NCBI GenBank assembly: GCA_963804995.1
Contig: CAWDSK010000003.1
Span: forward strand, 1,632,001 to 1,696,000
Direction: 5' to 3'
Length of the DNA stretch: 64,000 bases
Origin: an uncultured Acidobacteriota bacterium
GTDB taxonomy: Bacteria; Acidobacteriota; Terriglobia; UBA7540
Of this stretch, positions 1-9,784 are shown piece after piece. Each line of letters begins with the position of its first letter. Positions within the stretch are counted from its first letter, which is position 1. The position numbers and the translations under genes were made by a program. The notes under the pieces were generated by a model. The model did no database searches, was not told where the DNA came from, and saw only the letters and a program-made list of their open reading frames with translations.

Positions 1-250
1 CTTTCTTTTCATAAACATCGGTAGAAAACAACCATAACTTACTTCTTTTCATCAACATCGTTAGACTTGCCAAGTTGTCGCTTTTGTTTTCCTTTGTTTT
101 CATACACATCGTTAGACTATCCTGATTGAAATTATTTGCGCTATTTTTCTTGCCGCAGTAAATGTAACTCATTGCATTTAAACTAGATAGGTTTTTGGTA
201 AAAAACCACTTTCCACGCCTAACAACCTTTATTATCAATAACATATTCAC
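1..250 (-). repeat. AT-rich five-box non-coding element, copy 1 (may be truncated by window start)
   Basis: Repeated TTTTCATnnACATCG-type boxes at 6-20, 46-60, 97-111 plus degenerate boxes near 165-190 and 219-250. Bases 1-19 are the exact reverse complement of 29907-29925. Confidence 0.75.
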
Positions 251-842
251 AAACAGCGAGCGCTTCCGGTCCTTCTGCGCATGACGGATGTGGTTTAACC
301 TTCACGAGCAAGTTCGTCAAGCCGGTAGCAGAGTGTGGTACTTTCACACTCTACGGCTCTTCTTCAAATGCACCCCGGCTCACCGAGATGATATTACAGT
401 GCATGTTTATCATATTAAGAACCGCAGATTGTGAAAGGACCACACGCTAACTGCCTGGACGCATCATGGCGCCACGCTTCCTCACCTCTATTGTGCTCTT
501 CATCGAGTGGGTTATGTCAATAGGATAAACACACTTTACGGCTACCGGTAGCCCAAAAACAAAATAGATCTGACAAACCGCCCGTTCGAGGCGGGCCTGA
601 CCAGTTTTTCCAGCCCCGGCTGCATCCGACCACTCACGTGGCCGTAACTGGCCGGGGAGCCCGAGGCGTGCCTCCCCCGTGCCGGAAAGCGCCGCCCCCA
701 CATCTAACAGAGGCGCCACCAGGTTGTTCGAGCCCTGCGGTCTTGTCGCATTCCAGGTTTATTGCTACACTGAGTAATTGCATTCAGGTTCCAATTCTGG
801 CAGCTTGCCGGGACCTTTCAGTCTGGGCTTACGAGGCACTTC

Positions 843-1283
843 ATGGCGGATGAGAAAAACGATCCCTCTGGATTCAAAGTCGTCGACAAGCGGGCCTTCA
901 CATCAGAAGGCTCACGGCGCGAGGACGATCCGATTGAGGTAAAGAAACCTGAAACTGCACCGGTGTCGCCCCAGGCGTCACAACCGCAAGTCGTCGCGGA
1001 GCCTGAGGAGGAGTTCCAGGAGGAAGCTTCCAGCTTCGAAACACTGGTTTCCTATCTCAGCACCACCGCCATGTTTCAGCTCGGCCTGATTGCCGGACCG
1101 GGCGGCGAGCGCATCCCTTCCGACATGGTGAACGCCCAGCGAACCATCGACCTGCTCGAGGTCTTGCAGGAGAAGACGCGCGGGAATCTGACGCCGCAAG
1201 AAGTACGCCTCCTCGACAACGTCATTTACGAACTGCGCATGACGTTTGTGGAATTGCAAAAGCGGCAGACGCGTAAAGGTTGA
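843..1283 (+). CDS. DUF1844 domain-containing protein
   Basis: 146 aa; FKVVDKRAF N-terminus and AQRTIDLLEVLQEKTRGNLT..E..LL..VIYELRM motif; GGAGG-like RBS region. Confidence 0.85.
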   Translation: MADEKNDPSGFKVVDKRAFTSEGSRREDDPIEVKKPETAPVSPQASQPQVVAEPEEEFQEEASSFETLVSYLSTTAMFQLGLIAGPGGERIPSDMVNAQRTIDLLEVLQEKTRGNLTPQEVRLLDNVIYELRMTFVELQKRQTRKG

Positions 1284-2041
1284 TGATACTCAAGTTTCTC
1301 GGGACTGGAACTTCGACCGGTGTGCCCACGCTGGCCTGCTCCTGCCGAGTCTGCAAATCCCCTGATCCCTGCGACAAACGAATGCGTCCGTCCATCCTGC
1401 TGGAGTACGACGGGCGCGTGGTGGTTGTGGATACCACCCCTGACTTTCGCACCCAGGCGTTGCGCGAGGGCCTGACGCGCCTGGATGCCGTCTTGTTTAC
1501 GCATGCCCACGCCGACCACATCCTGGGCCTCGACAACGTGCGGGTCTTTAATTTTCGCCAGCAGGGCCCGATTCCGATTTACGCCGAAGCGGGCTGCCTG
1601 ACCAGCATTCGCCGCACTTTCGCATACATTTTCGAGGGAAACTACCCCTATGGCGGTGTGGCCAAGCTCAACCCGCATTTGATCGACGGCCCGTTTGATC
1701 TGTGGGGTCTGGGCGTGACGCCGGTGCCGGTTTGGCATGGCAATTTGCCGATTTTGGGCTTTCGCTTTCGTGACACCGCCTATATCACAGACGTAAGCGA
1801 GATACCCGAAACCAGCTTTCCCCTGCTGGACGGACTCAACCTCCTCATTTTAGACGCCCTTCGTCACAAGCCCCACGCCACCCACCTCTCGCTCGCTCAG
1901 GCTCTGGCGATGGTCGAACGCATCAAGCCGCAGCGCGCCTACTTCACGCACATCGTGCACGAGCTTGGCCACGAGGAGACCAATGCCGCGCTGCCGGCGC
2001 ACGTGCGGCTGGCTCACGACGGATTGAAATTGCAGTTTTAG
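1283..2041 (+). CDS. MBL-fold metallo-hydrolase, PhnP/phosphodiesterase-like
   Basis: LGTGTSTGVP, C-x-C-xx-C, THAHADH metal motif, AHDG near the C-terminus; TGATG overlap with the upstream gene. Confidence 0.9.
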   Translation: MILKFLGTGTSTGVPTLACSCRVCKSPDPCDKRMRPSILLEYDGRVVVVDTTPDFRTQALREGLTRLDAVLFTHAHADHILGLDNVRVFNFRQQGPIPIYAEAGCLTSIRRTFAYIFEGNYPYGGVAKLNPHLIDGPFDLWGLGVTPVPVWHGNLPILGFRFRDTAYITDVSEIPETSFPLLDGLNLLILDALRHKPHATHLSLAQALAMVERIKPQRAYFTHIVHELGHEETNAALPAHVRLAHDGLKLQF

Positions 2042-2057
2042 GCGGGAATAGATTCGC

Positions 2058-3041
2058 ATGCGCATTATCAGCAGTCTCCAGGAACTCCGCGAGCCCCTTC
2101 CTCCCAGTGTGGTGACGATTGGGAACTTCGACGGGGTGCACTTGGCGCACCAGACACTTCTCCGTCGCGTCGTGGAAGTGGCGCGGTCACGGGGGGCCCT
2201 GGCCACGGCCATCACCTTCGAACCCCATCCCATCAAGGTTCTTTCGCCCGAGCACGCTCCCCGGCTGCTGACGCCGCTTTCGGTCAAAGCGCAATGCATC
2301 GAAGCCATGGGGATCGATTTACTCGTCGTGCTGCCTTTCACCCGCGAGCTGGCCCATTATTCCCCGCTGGAGTTCGTGCGCACCGTCCTCATGAACCCAC
2401 TGCGCGCCACTTCCGTACACGTGGGGCCGAACTTCCGATTCGGTTATCGCCAGTCCGGGGACACGGAAGTGCTGGAGGAATTGGGCCGCCAAGAAGGCTT
2501 CCAGGTTGAAGTTCTTCCCATGCTCCAGGTTCGCGGCGACCGCGTCTCCAGCACGCGCATTCGGGAACTGCTCACGGAGGGGCAGGTTCATAAGGCCAGC
2601 CGGCTCCTGGGGCGTCCCTTCTCCGTCCGAGGGCCGATCGTCGCCGGACTGGGCGTGGGGCGCAAGCACACCGTGCCGACACTCAATCTCGCGCCCATCG
2701 AAGAACAGTTGCCCAAAATCGGGGTCTACGTCACCCATACGCTACTCTCGGGTGTGTCCCACGATTCCGTGACGAACGTCGGGCACAAACCCACCTTCGG
2801 CGACCATCGCCTGACGGTCGAAACCTTCTTGCTGAATTTCACCGGTGAAGTCGCAGCGACCGATATGGAGATTGAGTTTCTCTACCGGCTTCGCGACGAG
2901 ATGAAGTTCCAGAATCCTGCCATCCTCAAAGTGCAAATTCAGGAAGATGCGCGCCGCTCCTTTAAATTCTTTCGCCTCCTCAAGCGTTGGCGGCAACTGC
3001 CTCAACCCTCACTACCCACACGCCTCCCGTCTTCAAATTAA
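2058..3041 (+). CDS. ribF: Bifunctional riboflavin kinase/FAD synthetase
   Basis: IGNFDGVHLAHQ, NFRFG, VSSTRIR, PTLNL, NVGHKPTF and LRDEMKF motifs. Confidence 0.95.
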   Translation: MRIISSLQELREPLPPSVVTIGNFDGVHLAHQTLLRRVVEVARSRGALATAITFEPHPIKVLSPEHAPRLLTPLSVKAQCIEAMGIDLLVVLPFTRELAHYSPLEFVRTVLMNPLRATSVHVGPNFRFGYRQSGDTEVLEELGRQEGFQVEVLPMLQVRGDRVSSTRIRELLTEGQVHKASRLLGRPFSVRGPIVAGLGVGRKHTVPTLNLAPIEEQLPKIGVYVTHTLLSGVSHDSVTNVGHKPTFGDHRLTVETFLLNFTGEVAATDMEIEFLYRLRDEMKFQNPAILKVQIQEDARRSFKFFRLLKRWRQLPQPSLPTRLPSSN

Positions 3042-3107
3042 GTCTGCGCTGACGAAGGATGGGCCGTGATTTTTTGCACCGGCGAGAAAGCGCGGGACGA
3101 GGGAGTG

Positions 3108-3140
3108 GGTAGCCACGGTCAGTGATTTTCTGACCGTGGG
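3108..3140. repeat. REP-like palindrome (GGTAGCCACGGTCAG family), left arm of a doublet interrupted by the ISKra4 element
   Basis: CCACGGTCAG...CTGACCGTGG hairpin, near-identical to 62331-62363 and 62554-62586. Confidence 0.8.
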
Positions 3141-3294
3141 GTTTTTTATGCACATTACGGCGATCATAGTTTTACGCACCGCCGCGGCAACAATCAACAG
3201 TTGGTCGAGGGTGCACGCCTGGGAAATGAAATTCTGGGAAAGTGGGGTTGAAATAAGTTCTCTCTTACGGCTATAATAGCCGTAAGGAGGAACC

Positions 3295-3696
3295 ATGGCT
3301 CAGTCTTTTGAAGTTCCTGGTCCGGTCCGTGAGCTTGCCGCTCGGTTGGGTCAGTCCCAGCCCATGCGGCGCGGCTCCCTATCGGAGCGTTATGTGAAAT
3401 GCGGCAAGCCGGGTTGTGGTTGCGCGGAGGATGCCAAGGCGCGGCACGGCCCTTATTACAGTCTGACGCAGGCGGTGGGAGGGCAGACCCGCTCCCGCTT
3501 CTTGAACCCCGAGGAAGCGCAGCGGGCGCGAGAGCAGATCGAGACGGGCCAGCAGTTTCGGCGTCAGGTGGAGGCTTACTGGGCTGCCTGTGAGCAATGG
3601 GCGGATGCCCAGCTGGAAGCCCGGGAGGAAGAAGGGCAAGCCGAGGTTAAAAAAAACCGCACTCGGCGAGGCTCTGGCGCACGACCTCACCGCTGA
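3295..3696 (+). CDS. IS accessory ORF (DUF6788-like, zinc-ribbon CGKPGCxC...HGPY)
   Basis: RGSLSERYVKCGKPGCGC...HGPYY motif; AGGAGG RBS; lies inside the IS. Confidence 0.8.
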   Translation: MAQSFEVPGPVRELAARLGQSQPMRRGSLSERYVKCGKPGCGCAEDAKARHGPYYSLTQAVGGQTRSRFLNPEEAQRAREQIETGQQFRRQVEAYWAACEQWADAQLEAREEEGQAEVKKNRTRRGSGARPHR

Positions 3697-5002
3697 GATT
3701 GAGCGCCTGGTGGGTCGGGAAGCCACGGCGGCTCTGGACTTCGAGGCGGTGGAAACGGCCGTACGCCGTCAGGCTTTGCGCTTCGCCGCGCGGGTGGTGG
3801 AGCAGCGGCTGAATGCCGACCACTCCGACTTTACCGGAGCCCGTCGGCCGTGTTCCTGCGGTCAGCCCGCGCGCTATGTAGACCGGCGGGCCAAGCCTTT
3901 CCAGACCGTGCTGGGCGAATTACGGCTGGAGCGCGCCTACTATTATTGTGCTGCCTGCCAGCGCGGGTTCTGTCCTCGTGACCAGCAGTGGGGAATGGAG
4001 GACACTTCTCTGTCCCCGGCGGTGACACGCATGGTGGGCACGGTGGGAGCCTTGGTGAGCTTTCAAGAAGGGCGTGAACTCCTCGGGGAATTGGCGGGCG
4101 TGGAAGTAAGTGCCAAGCAGGTGGAGCGTACGGCGGAGGCGCTGGGAGCGGAAGTCGCCGAGGATGAACGCCAACCGGTGGAGGCGGTGAGGGAAGGACC
4201 CTTGCCGCCCACCCTCTATCTCGGCCTGGATGGTACCGGCATTCCCATGCGCAAGGAGGAACTCACGGGGCGAGCGGGCAAGCAGCCGGATGGCTCCGCC
4301 CAAACCCGCGAGGTCAAGGTCTGCGCCATCTGGAGCGCGGAAGCGCGCGATGCCGAAGGCCGGCCCCGGCGTGATGCTGGCTCGGTCAGCTACTCGGCGG
4401 CCATCGAGACGGCGGCCTGCCGCGACACCGACTCCCAGATCGCAGCATTTACCCAGCGCGTCGAGCGTGAGGCGAAGCGTCGAGACTTCGGGCAAGCCTC
4501 TCGCCAAGTGGTGATCGGCGACGGGGCTCCCTGGATCTGGAACATCGCCGCGGAGGTGTTCCCGCAAGCCCTGCAAATCGTGGATCGTTACCACGTGAAG
4601 GAGCATTTGAGCCAAGTGGCCAAGGCCCTCTATGGGCAAGCGGAGGCATCCCATCGCTGGGCGCAACGTCGGCACCAAGAATTGGATGGCGGGCGTTGGC
4701 GGAGTCTGACAACGGCGCTGGCCCGCCATGCGGCCCGCTCACCGGAAGCCCGCAACTGCCTTCAGTACTTGCAGCGCAACCGGCACCGCATGCGCTACGC
4801 GGAATTTCATGCCCAGCACCTGTGTACTTCCTCAGGGGTTCTGGAGGCGGGTTGCAGGGTCGTCGTGGGGTCGCGCCTAAAACGTTCGGGCATGCATTGG
4901 ACCGTGCGCGGCTCCAATGCCATCATCGCTCTGCGGTGTTACAAACTCAGCGGTCGCTTCGAAGACTTCTGGGAACGCCGGGCGCACAGGGTGGGGGCGT
5001 GA
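3590..5002 (+). CDS. ISKra4-family DDE transposase (true start uncertain; possibly fused to the upstream ORF by slippage)
   Basis: RAYYYC..C..G..P.D, LDGTG, GDGAPWIW, DRYH, SSGVLEAGC, RLKRSGMHW motifs. Confidence 0.88.
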   Translation: MSNGRMPSWKPGRKKGKPRLKKTALGEALAHDLTAEIERLVGREATAALDFEAVETAVRRQALRFAARVVEQRLNADHSDFTGARRPCSCGQPARYVDRRAKPFQTVLGELRLERAYYYCAACQRGFCPRDQQWGMEDTSLSPAVTRMVGTVGALVSFQEGRELLGELAGVEVSAKQVERTAEALGAEVAEDERQPVEAVREGPLPPTLYLGLDGTGIPMRKEELTGRAGKQPDGSAQTREVKVCAIWSAEARDAEGRPRRDAGSVSYSAAIETAACRDTDSQIAAFTQRVEREAKRRDFGQASRQVVIGDGAPWIWNIAAEVFPQALQIVDRYHVKEHLSQVAKALYGQAEASHRWAQRRHQELDGGRWRSLTTALARHAARSPEARNCLQYLQRNRHRMRYAEFHAQHLCTSSGVLEAGCRVVVGSRLKRSGMHWTVRGSNAIIALRCYKLSGRFEDFWERRAHRVGA

Positions 5003-5040
5003 GCCCGCTCACTCCTTCGTCGTGCACCCGTTGGTCGACA

Positions 5041-5122
5041 TCGAAGGAAGAACCCACGGTCACAAAGGGTCGTCCACCATTAAGATTGGCGGACTTTCAG
5101 CCGCGGCGACACCGTGGCTACC
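5041..5122. repeat. REP-like right arm (ACCCACGGTCA...CCGTGGCTACC), degenerate
   Basis: TCGAAGGAAGAACCCACGGTCA matches the reverse complement of 62577-62598. Confidence 0.7.
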
Positions 5123-5158
5123 CGCTTGGCGTGGGGCAGCTAATCTTTTCACACCTTC

Positions 5159-5788
5159 TCAGGGGGCAGGCTTGCGGAAGACTACACAGTAAGCTTGGCG
5201 GGTTGAATCATCGGTGCGCCAGTCGTCGCGAGTGGTCACGACCTGGAAGCCGGCAGCCGTGAGTTCGTCGATCAGGATCTTCTGCGGCACACCGTGTCCA
5301 CCGCGGTTCTTGGGCACACCCGCTGGGATCGTGCTCCCCGATCGCGGTTCTTCGTCGATCACCGCCAACAGTCCCGAGGGTTTGAGCGCCCGGAAAAGGC
5401 TGGCGTCGATTTCGGCCGGCTTCGTGAAGTGATGATACACGAGTCGCATGAAGATGGAATCACAGCACTGGGGCGGAAGGTTCGTTTCGGTTTCGGCGGC
5501 TTGGAGTGCAGTGAGGTTCTTCTCCTTCGCGGCAAGTTCTTCCAGGTGCGCCAGTTTTTTCGGGTCGAGTTCCGTGGTGTAGACCCTCCCCGTCGCCCCC
5601 ACGCGTTTGGCGACAGCAAGGGTCATCTGCCCATCACCCGCGCCGATTTCCGCCACCACGCCTCCGGACTGCCAGTTCAACAATGCGGCAAGGCGGTCAG
5701 TTTCCTCTTGGTAAGTGTCCTGGCCTCGGATTGGCGCAGGCCCGAGTGTACAGAGGACCAGCGCGATGAGGAAAGGGCGTCGTAGCAT
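5159..5788 (-). CDS. Exported class I SAM-dependent methyltransferase
   Basis: VAEIGAGDG motif I, VYHH; signal-peptide-like MLRRPFLIALVLCTLG (start chosen at ATG 5788). Confidence 0.85.
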   Translation of the reverse strand: MLRRPFLIALVLCTLGPAPIRGQDTYQEETDRLAALLNWQSGGVVAEIGAGDGQMTLAVAKRVGATGRVYTTELDPKKLAHLEELAAKEKNLTALQAAETETNLPPQCCDSIFMRLVYHHFTKPAEIDASLFRALKPSGLLAVIDEEPRSGSTIPAGVPKNRGGHGVPQKILIDELTAAGFQVVTTRDDWRTDDSTRQAYCVVFRKPAP

Positions 5789-5908
5789 TTGAGAATGGAT
5801 GAGTGGAAATTGGTACCCGGCCTGGCGCATATCACAACCTGATTTGGGGCGAGTGGCCACTTTCATTGGCCCTACCCCAATTTGATGATTTACTGTCCAA
5901 ATCCGTGT

Positions 5909-5930
5909 CCGTGGGTTTCACCCACGGCTA
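5909..5930. repeat. REP-like hairpin CCGTGGGTTTCACCCACGG
   Basis: Inverted repeat downstream of ispG. Confidence 0.55.
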
Positions 5931-5979
5931 ATGATTTTGGACCTCTTCGAGGTCCGCAGATGACCGGACGGTTCCCTAA

Positions 5980-7155
5980 CTACTGCAAGGTGACGAGAGG
6001 TTTCTGGTTGGTAGATGGCTCAGGATTAATCTCAGGCGGTGCAGTATTCACACCCGCAGCCTTGTCGGCTACAAAGCGCTCAACCTCTTCCAGCAAGGCA
6101 GAAACGATCTCTTCTTCTTTCACGCGGCGGATAGCTTTGCCCTCCCGGTAAATCATGCCATTACCGCGCCCGGCGGCTACACCCAAGTCAGCCTCGCGCG
6201 CTTCCCCCGGACCGTTGACGGCGCATCCCATCACCGCCAGGCTGATGGGGGTTTTGATGTGGGCGGTAGCTTGCTCAATCTCTCCCGCAATCTTGAAGAG
6301 GTCAACTTCCAAGCGCCCGCAGGTTGGGCAGGCGATCACGACCGGCCCACGGCTGCGCAATTCGAGCGCTTTCAGCATCTCGTAGGCCACACGCACCTCC
6401 TCCACGGGGTCGGTGGCAAGGGAAACGCGAATCGTATCGCCAATGCCTTCCGCGAGGAGCATTCCCATGCCCACGCACGATTTCACCGTGCCGGAAAACT
6501 GGGTGCCGGCCTCGGTAATTCCCAAATGAAAAGGGTAGTCCACTTGCTTTGCGAGCAAGCGGTAGGCGGCGACGGTAAGCTTCACGTTGGAGGCCTTCAA
6601 GGAAATGATGGTGTCCTTGAACCCCAAATCCTCGAGGATCTGAATGTGATACAGGGCGCTCTCCGCCATCGCTTCCGGCGTGGGATAGCCGTATTTTTCG
6701 AGCAAGCGCCGCTCCAGCGACCCGGCGTTCACGCCGATGCGGATGGGCACCTTTTGTTCCTGGGCGCGCCGCACCACCATGCGGACTTTCTCCGCGTCTC
6801 CGATGTTGCCAGGATTGATGCGCAGCTTATCCATGCCTGCGTCCAGAGCCATGAGGGCAAACTTGTACTGGAAGTGAATATCCGAAACCAGAATGGAATC
6901 GGGGCAGCGCTTGCGGATTTCCGGGAGCGCTTGGGCGGCCTCCTGATCCGGAACTGCCAGGCGGACGATTTCGCAGCCGGCCGCCTCCATCTGCTGGATT
7001 TGCTCGACCGTCTTCTCCACCTCGCGCGTGTCGGTCTTGGTCATCGACTGCACGGTGATGGCAGAATCACCGCCCACCGTCAGACGACCGACCTTGACGG
7101 GACGAGTCTTCCGCCGGGGCGGGAAGAATTCCTTATCGCTGAAATTCACAGCCAC
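5980..7155 (-). CDS. ispG: (E)-4-hydroxy-3-methylbut-2-enyl-diphosphate synthase
   Basis: [56 protein letters not shown]. Confidence 0.97.
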   Translation of the reverse strand: MAVNFSDKEFFPPRRKTRPVKVGRLTVGGDSAITVQSMTKTDTREVEKTVEQIQQMEAAGCEIVRLAVPDQEAAQALPEIRKRCPDSILVSDIHFQYKFALMALDAGMDKLRINPGNIGDAEKVRMVVRRAQEQKVPIRIGVNAGSLERRLLEKYGYPTPEAMAESALYHIQILEDLGFKDTIISLKASNVKLTVAAYRLLAKQVDYPFHLGITEAGTQFSGTVKSCVGMGMLLAEGIGDTIRVSLATDPVEEVRVAYEMLKALELRSRGPVVIACPTCGRLEVDLFKIAGEIEQATAHIKTPISLAVMGCAVNGPGEAREADLGVAAGRGNGMIYREGKAIRRVKEEEIVSALLEEVERFVADKAAGVNTAPPEINPEPSTNQKPLVTLQ

Positions 7156-7260
7156 TCCTCATGATGACAGTTCCCCCGGCAGAATATGCTGCGGGCCGAG
7201 TGACTTTCACTCCTTCCGGAGAAAGCCTGTTGTGAATTCTATTCATGCCCTGGGAAATTA

Positions 7261-8583
7261 TTATGGTCTGAGCGTCTTAACTAAATCATTATACATTACG
7301 AAGGCCGCAAGCAAAAGCAGGAACACAATCCCCACCTGGACGAAGCGTTCCTTCACTTCCATCCTCAGGTCGCGGCGCAAGACCCCTTCCACCAGAAGCA
7401 ACAGGATGACCCCGCCGTCCAAAACGGGGATGGGCAGCAGGTTGAGAATACCTAGTTGCAGGCTGATGAACGAAACGAACATGATGAGCTCAGGCATTCC
7501 CGCGCGGTAAGCTTCCCCGGAAGCTTGCGCAATACCGATGGGACCGGACAGGGTGCGCGCCGACATCCGCCGCGTCACGATTTTGCCCAAAATATCGAAC
7601 AGAACGCGGCAATTGCGCGCGTTGTCTTCCACGGAGGCCACCAGCGCCTGACGCCAGGGCAATTGACGCACTACCATCGGATTAGGGAACGAGATTCCGA
7701 TACGCCAGCGCTTCTCACCCATGACCTCGGAATAGACGGGTTGCACTTGGACATGGAATTCCTGGCCGGCGCGGAGAATGTCGAGGTCGGCCGGCTTGCC
7801 CTTATCCGTCTGCAGCCGATAGGCCACGCAGCTCGCGCAGTAAACCTTCCGCCCATCGATTCCCACAATCTCATCGCCCGGCTTCAGACCTGCCTGGCTG
7901 GCGGGGAATCCGGGTTCAGCCGACTCAATGATGGCGGGCGAGTAGGGATACCAGCCGGCATTCCCGACGTGATCGGGACCCGTCGGCTTCACGGTGATGG
8001 AGGATTTGAGGACCTCCCCCTGGCGCTCGATTTCCAGCGGAATCGCCTCATCCACCGTGGTGAAAGTCCGGAGCGCCACATCCTCCCACTTGGGGTTACG
8101 CATATTGCCAAAACGCAAGATCACATCACCCGGCTGAATTCCAGCCTGAGCCGCAGATGAACCCGCATCCACATCGCCAATGCGCGCCGGCCTCTCCAGG
8201 TAGGAGGGTCGCTGGAAATGGAATTTGTAAAGTCCCGTGAGCAGGAGAACGGCCAGCAACACGTTCATCGCCGGCCCCATAATCACAATCACAAAGCGGT
8301 GCCAGCGTGGTTGGGAAAGGAACTCTCCCAGATCGCCTTGCCGGACTTCGGCCGGATCATCCCCCGCCATCTTGACGTAGCCCCCAAAGGGCAGAGCGCT
8401 GATACGGTAATCGGTATCGCCGCGCTTGAAGTGCAGGAGAGTCTTCCCAAATCCCAGGGAGAAAACCATGACCCGAACCCCAAAGGACTTGGCCGCCATG
8501 AAATGGCCCGCCTCGTGGATGAAGATCATGAAACCCAAGACCACCACCACGACAATCGCATCGGTCATGAAGCTTCCGAGCAT
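7261..8583 (-). CDS. rseP: RIP metalloprotease RseP
   Basis: HEAGH, GGYVKM, two PDZ domains, NLLPIPVLDGG. Confidence 0.95.
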   Translation of the reverse strand: MLGSFMTDAIVVVVVLGFMIFIHEAGHFMAAKSFGVRVMVFSLGFGKTLLHFKRGDTDYRISALPFGGYVKMAGDDPAEVRQGDLGEFLSQPRWHRFVIVIMGPAMNVLLAVLLLTGLYKFHFQRPSYLERPARIGDVDAGSSAAQAGIQPGDVILRFGNMRNPKWEDVALRTFTTVDEAIPLEIERQGEVLKSSITVKPTGPDHVGNAGWYPYSPAIIESAEPGFPASQAGLKPGDEIVGIDGRKVYCASCVAYRLQTDKGKPADLDILRAGQEFHVQVQPVYSEVMGEKRWRIGISFPNPMVVRQLPWRQALVASVEDNARNCRVLFDILGKIVTRRMSARTLSGPIGIAQASGEAYRAGMPELIMFVSFISLQLGILNLLPIPVLDGGVILLLLVEGVLRRDLRMEVKERFVQVGIVFLLLLAAFVMYNDLVKTLRP

Positions 8584-8599
8584 AGCTGAGCACTTCTCC

Positions 8600-9784
8600 C
8601 TATCTAGACACGGCTTGCACCACTTCCGCAGCGCGGCGCCGGGCTTCCTTGTCGCCTTCCAAAACGTCTTCCAAAGAATGGGGCGGCTGACATGACGACA
8701 TTTGGCGCATAACCTCTTCGATCAACCGGGGAATCGCTGAAAATCTGAGCCGACGGTTCAGAAAGGCTTCCACCGCGACCTCGTCGGCAGCGTTCAGGAC
8801 GCATGGCATGATGCCCCCCCGCCGGAGCGCTTCGCGAGCCAAACCGAGGCTCGGGAACCGATCCGTGTCCGGCGGGCGAAAATTCAGCCGGCGCGCCGAG
8901 ATTAGATCTAGCCCTGCGCAGTCTCCACTCATGTCCAGCCGGTCGGGATACGTCAGCGCATATTGGATCGGGAGGCGCATATCCGGAACCGACATCTGGG
9001 CCATCACGGAGCCATCACGGAATTCTACCATGGAATGGATGATGGATTCCGGGTGGATCACTACCTCAATCTGTTCGGGCGCTACCCCAAAAAGCCAACG
9101 CGCCTCGATGACCTCTAGGCCTTTATTCATCAACGTCGCGGAGTCGATGGTGATTCGTCCGCCCATCCGCCACACGGGGTGCTTCAGCGCTTGGTCCGGC
9201 GTAATGGAATCAAAAAGCCTCCGCGGGGTCTTGAGGAAAGGTCCCCCAGAACCCGTCAAAACCACGCGCTTGATCTCCCGACGCTGTCCGGAGCGCAAAC
9301 ATTGATGCACGGCGCAATGCTCACTATCAATGGGAAGCACCTCTGTTCCCTGCTCTGCTGCGGCGCGCATCACCAGTTCGCCGGCCGCTACCAAGGTTTC
9401 CTTGTTGGCTAAGCCCAGGCGTTTGCCGGCCCGGACCGCCTGATACGTGGCTACCAACCCCGTCGTTCCGTGCGAGGCTGAGACGACGAAATTCACAGAA
9501 TCGTGCGTCGCGGCTTCTACCTGACCCTCGACACCAACAGTAATCTTTACCCGCCGGGTGTATCCACGCCGCTCCAGGCGATTGCGCAGGGGTTCCTTGA
9601 ATTCGGACTGGCTCACCGCGACGATTTTAGGATGATGCTCCACCACCTGCGCGGCGAGCACATCCAGATTTTTCCCCGCTGAGAGCGCCACCACGTGGAA
9701 GTGGTCGGGCAAACTTTCCACCACGCGCAGGCAGTTCTGCCCGATGGAACCGGTGGAGCCGAGAATACATAAACCCTGGGTCAT
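8600..9784 (-). CDS. dxr: 1-deoxy-D-xylulose-5-phosphate reductoisomerase
   Basis: LGSTGSIG, LANKE, PIDSEH, TIDSATLMNKGLEVIEA; ATGA overlap with cdsA. Confidence 0.97.
   Translation of the reverse strand: MTQGLCILGSTGSIGQNCLRVVESLPDHFHVVALSAGKNLDVLAAQVVEHHPKIVAVSQSEFKEPLRNRLERRGYTRRVKITVGVEGQVEAATHDSVNFVVSASHGTTGLVATYQAVRAGKRLGLANKETLVAAGELVMRAAAEQGTEVLPIDSEHCAVHQCLRSGQRREIKRVVLTGSGGPFLKTPRRLFDSITPDQALKHPVWRMGGRITIDSATLMNKGLEVIEARWLFGVAPEQIEVVIHPESIIHSMVEFRDGSVMAQMSVPDMRLPIQYALTYPDRLDMSGDCAGLDLISARRLNFRPPDTDRFPSLGLAREALRRGGIMPCVLNAADEVAVEAFLNRRLRFSAIPRLIEEVMRQMSSCQPPHSLEDVLEGDKEARRRAAEVVQAVSR

Larger units (their letters stand above)
3209..5029 (+). mobile_element. ISKra4-family insertion sequence, 1821 bp
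   Basis: Imperfect terminal inverted repeats starting GGGTGCACG (3209; reverse complement ends 5029); 9-bp target duplication GTTGGTCGA at 3200-3208 and 5030-5038. Confidence 0.9.

Noticed and set aside
447..853. ORFs 447-719 (-) and 638-853 (+)
   Set aside because: No recognisable motifs or RBS; probably the promoter region of the DUF1844 operon.
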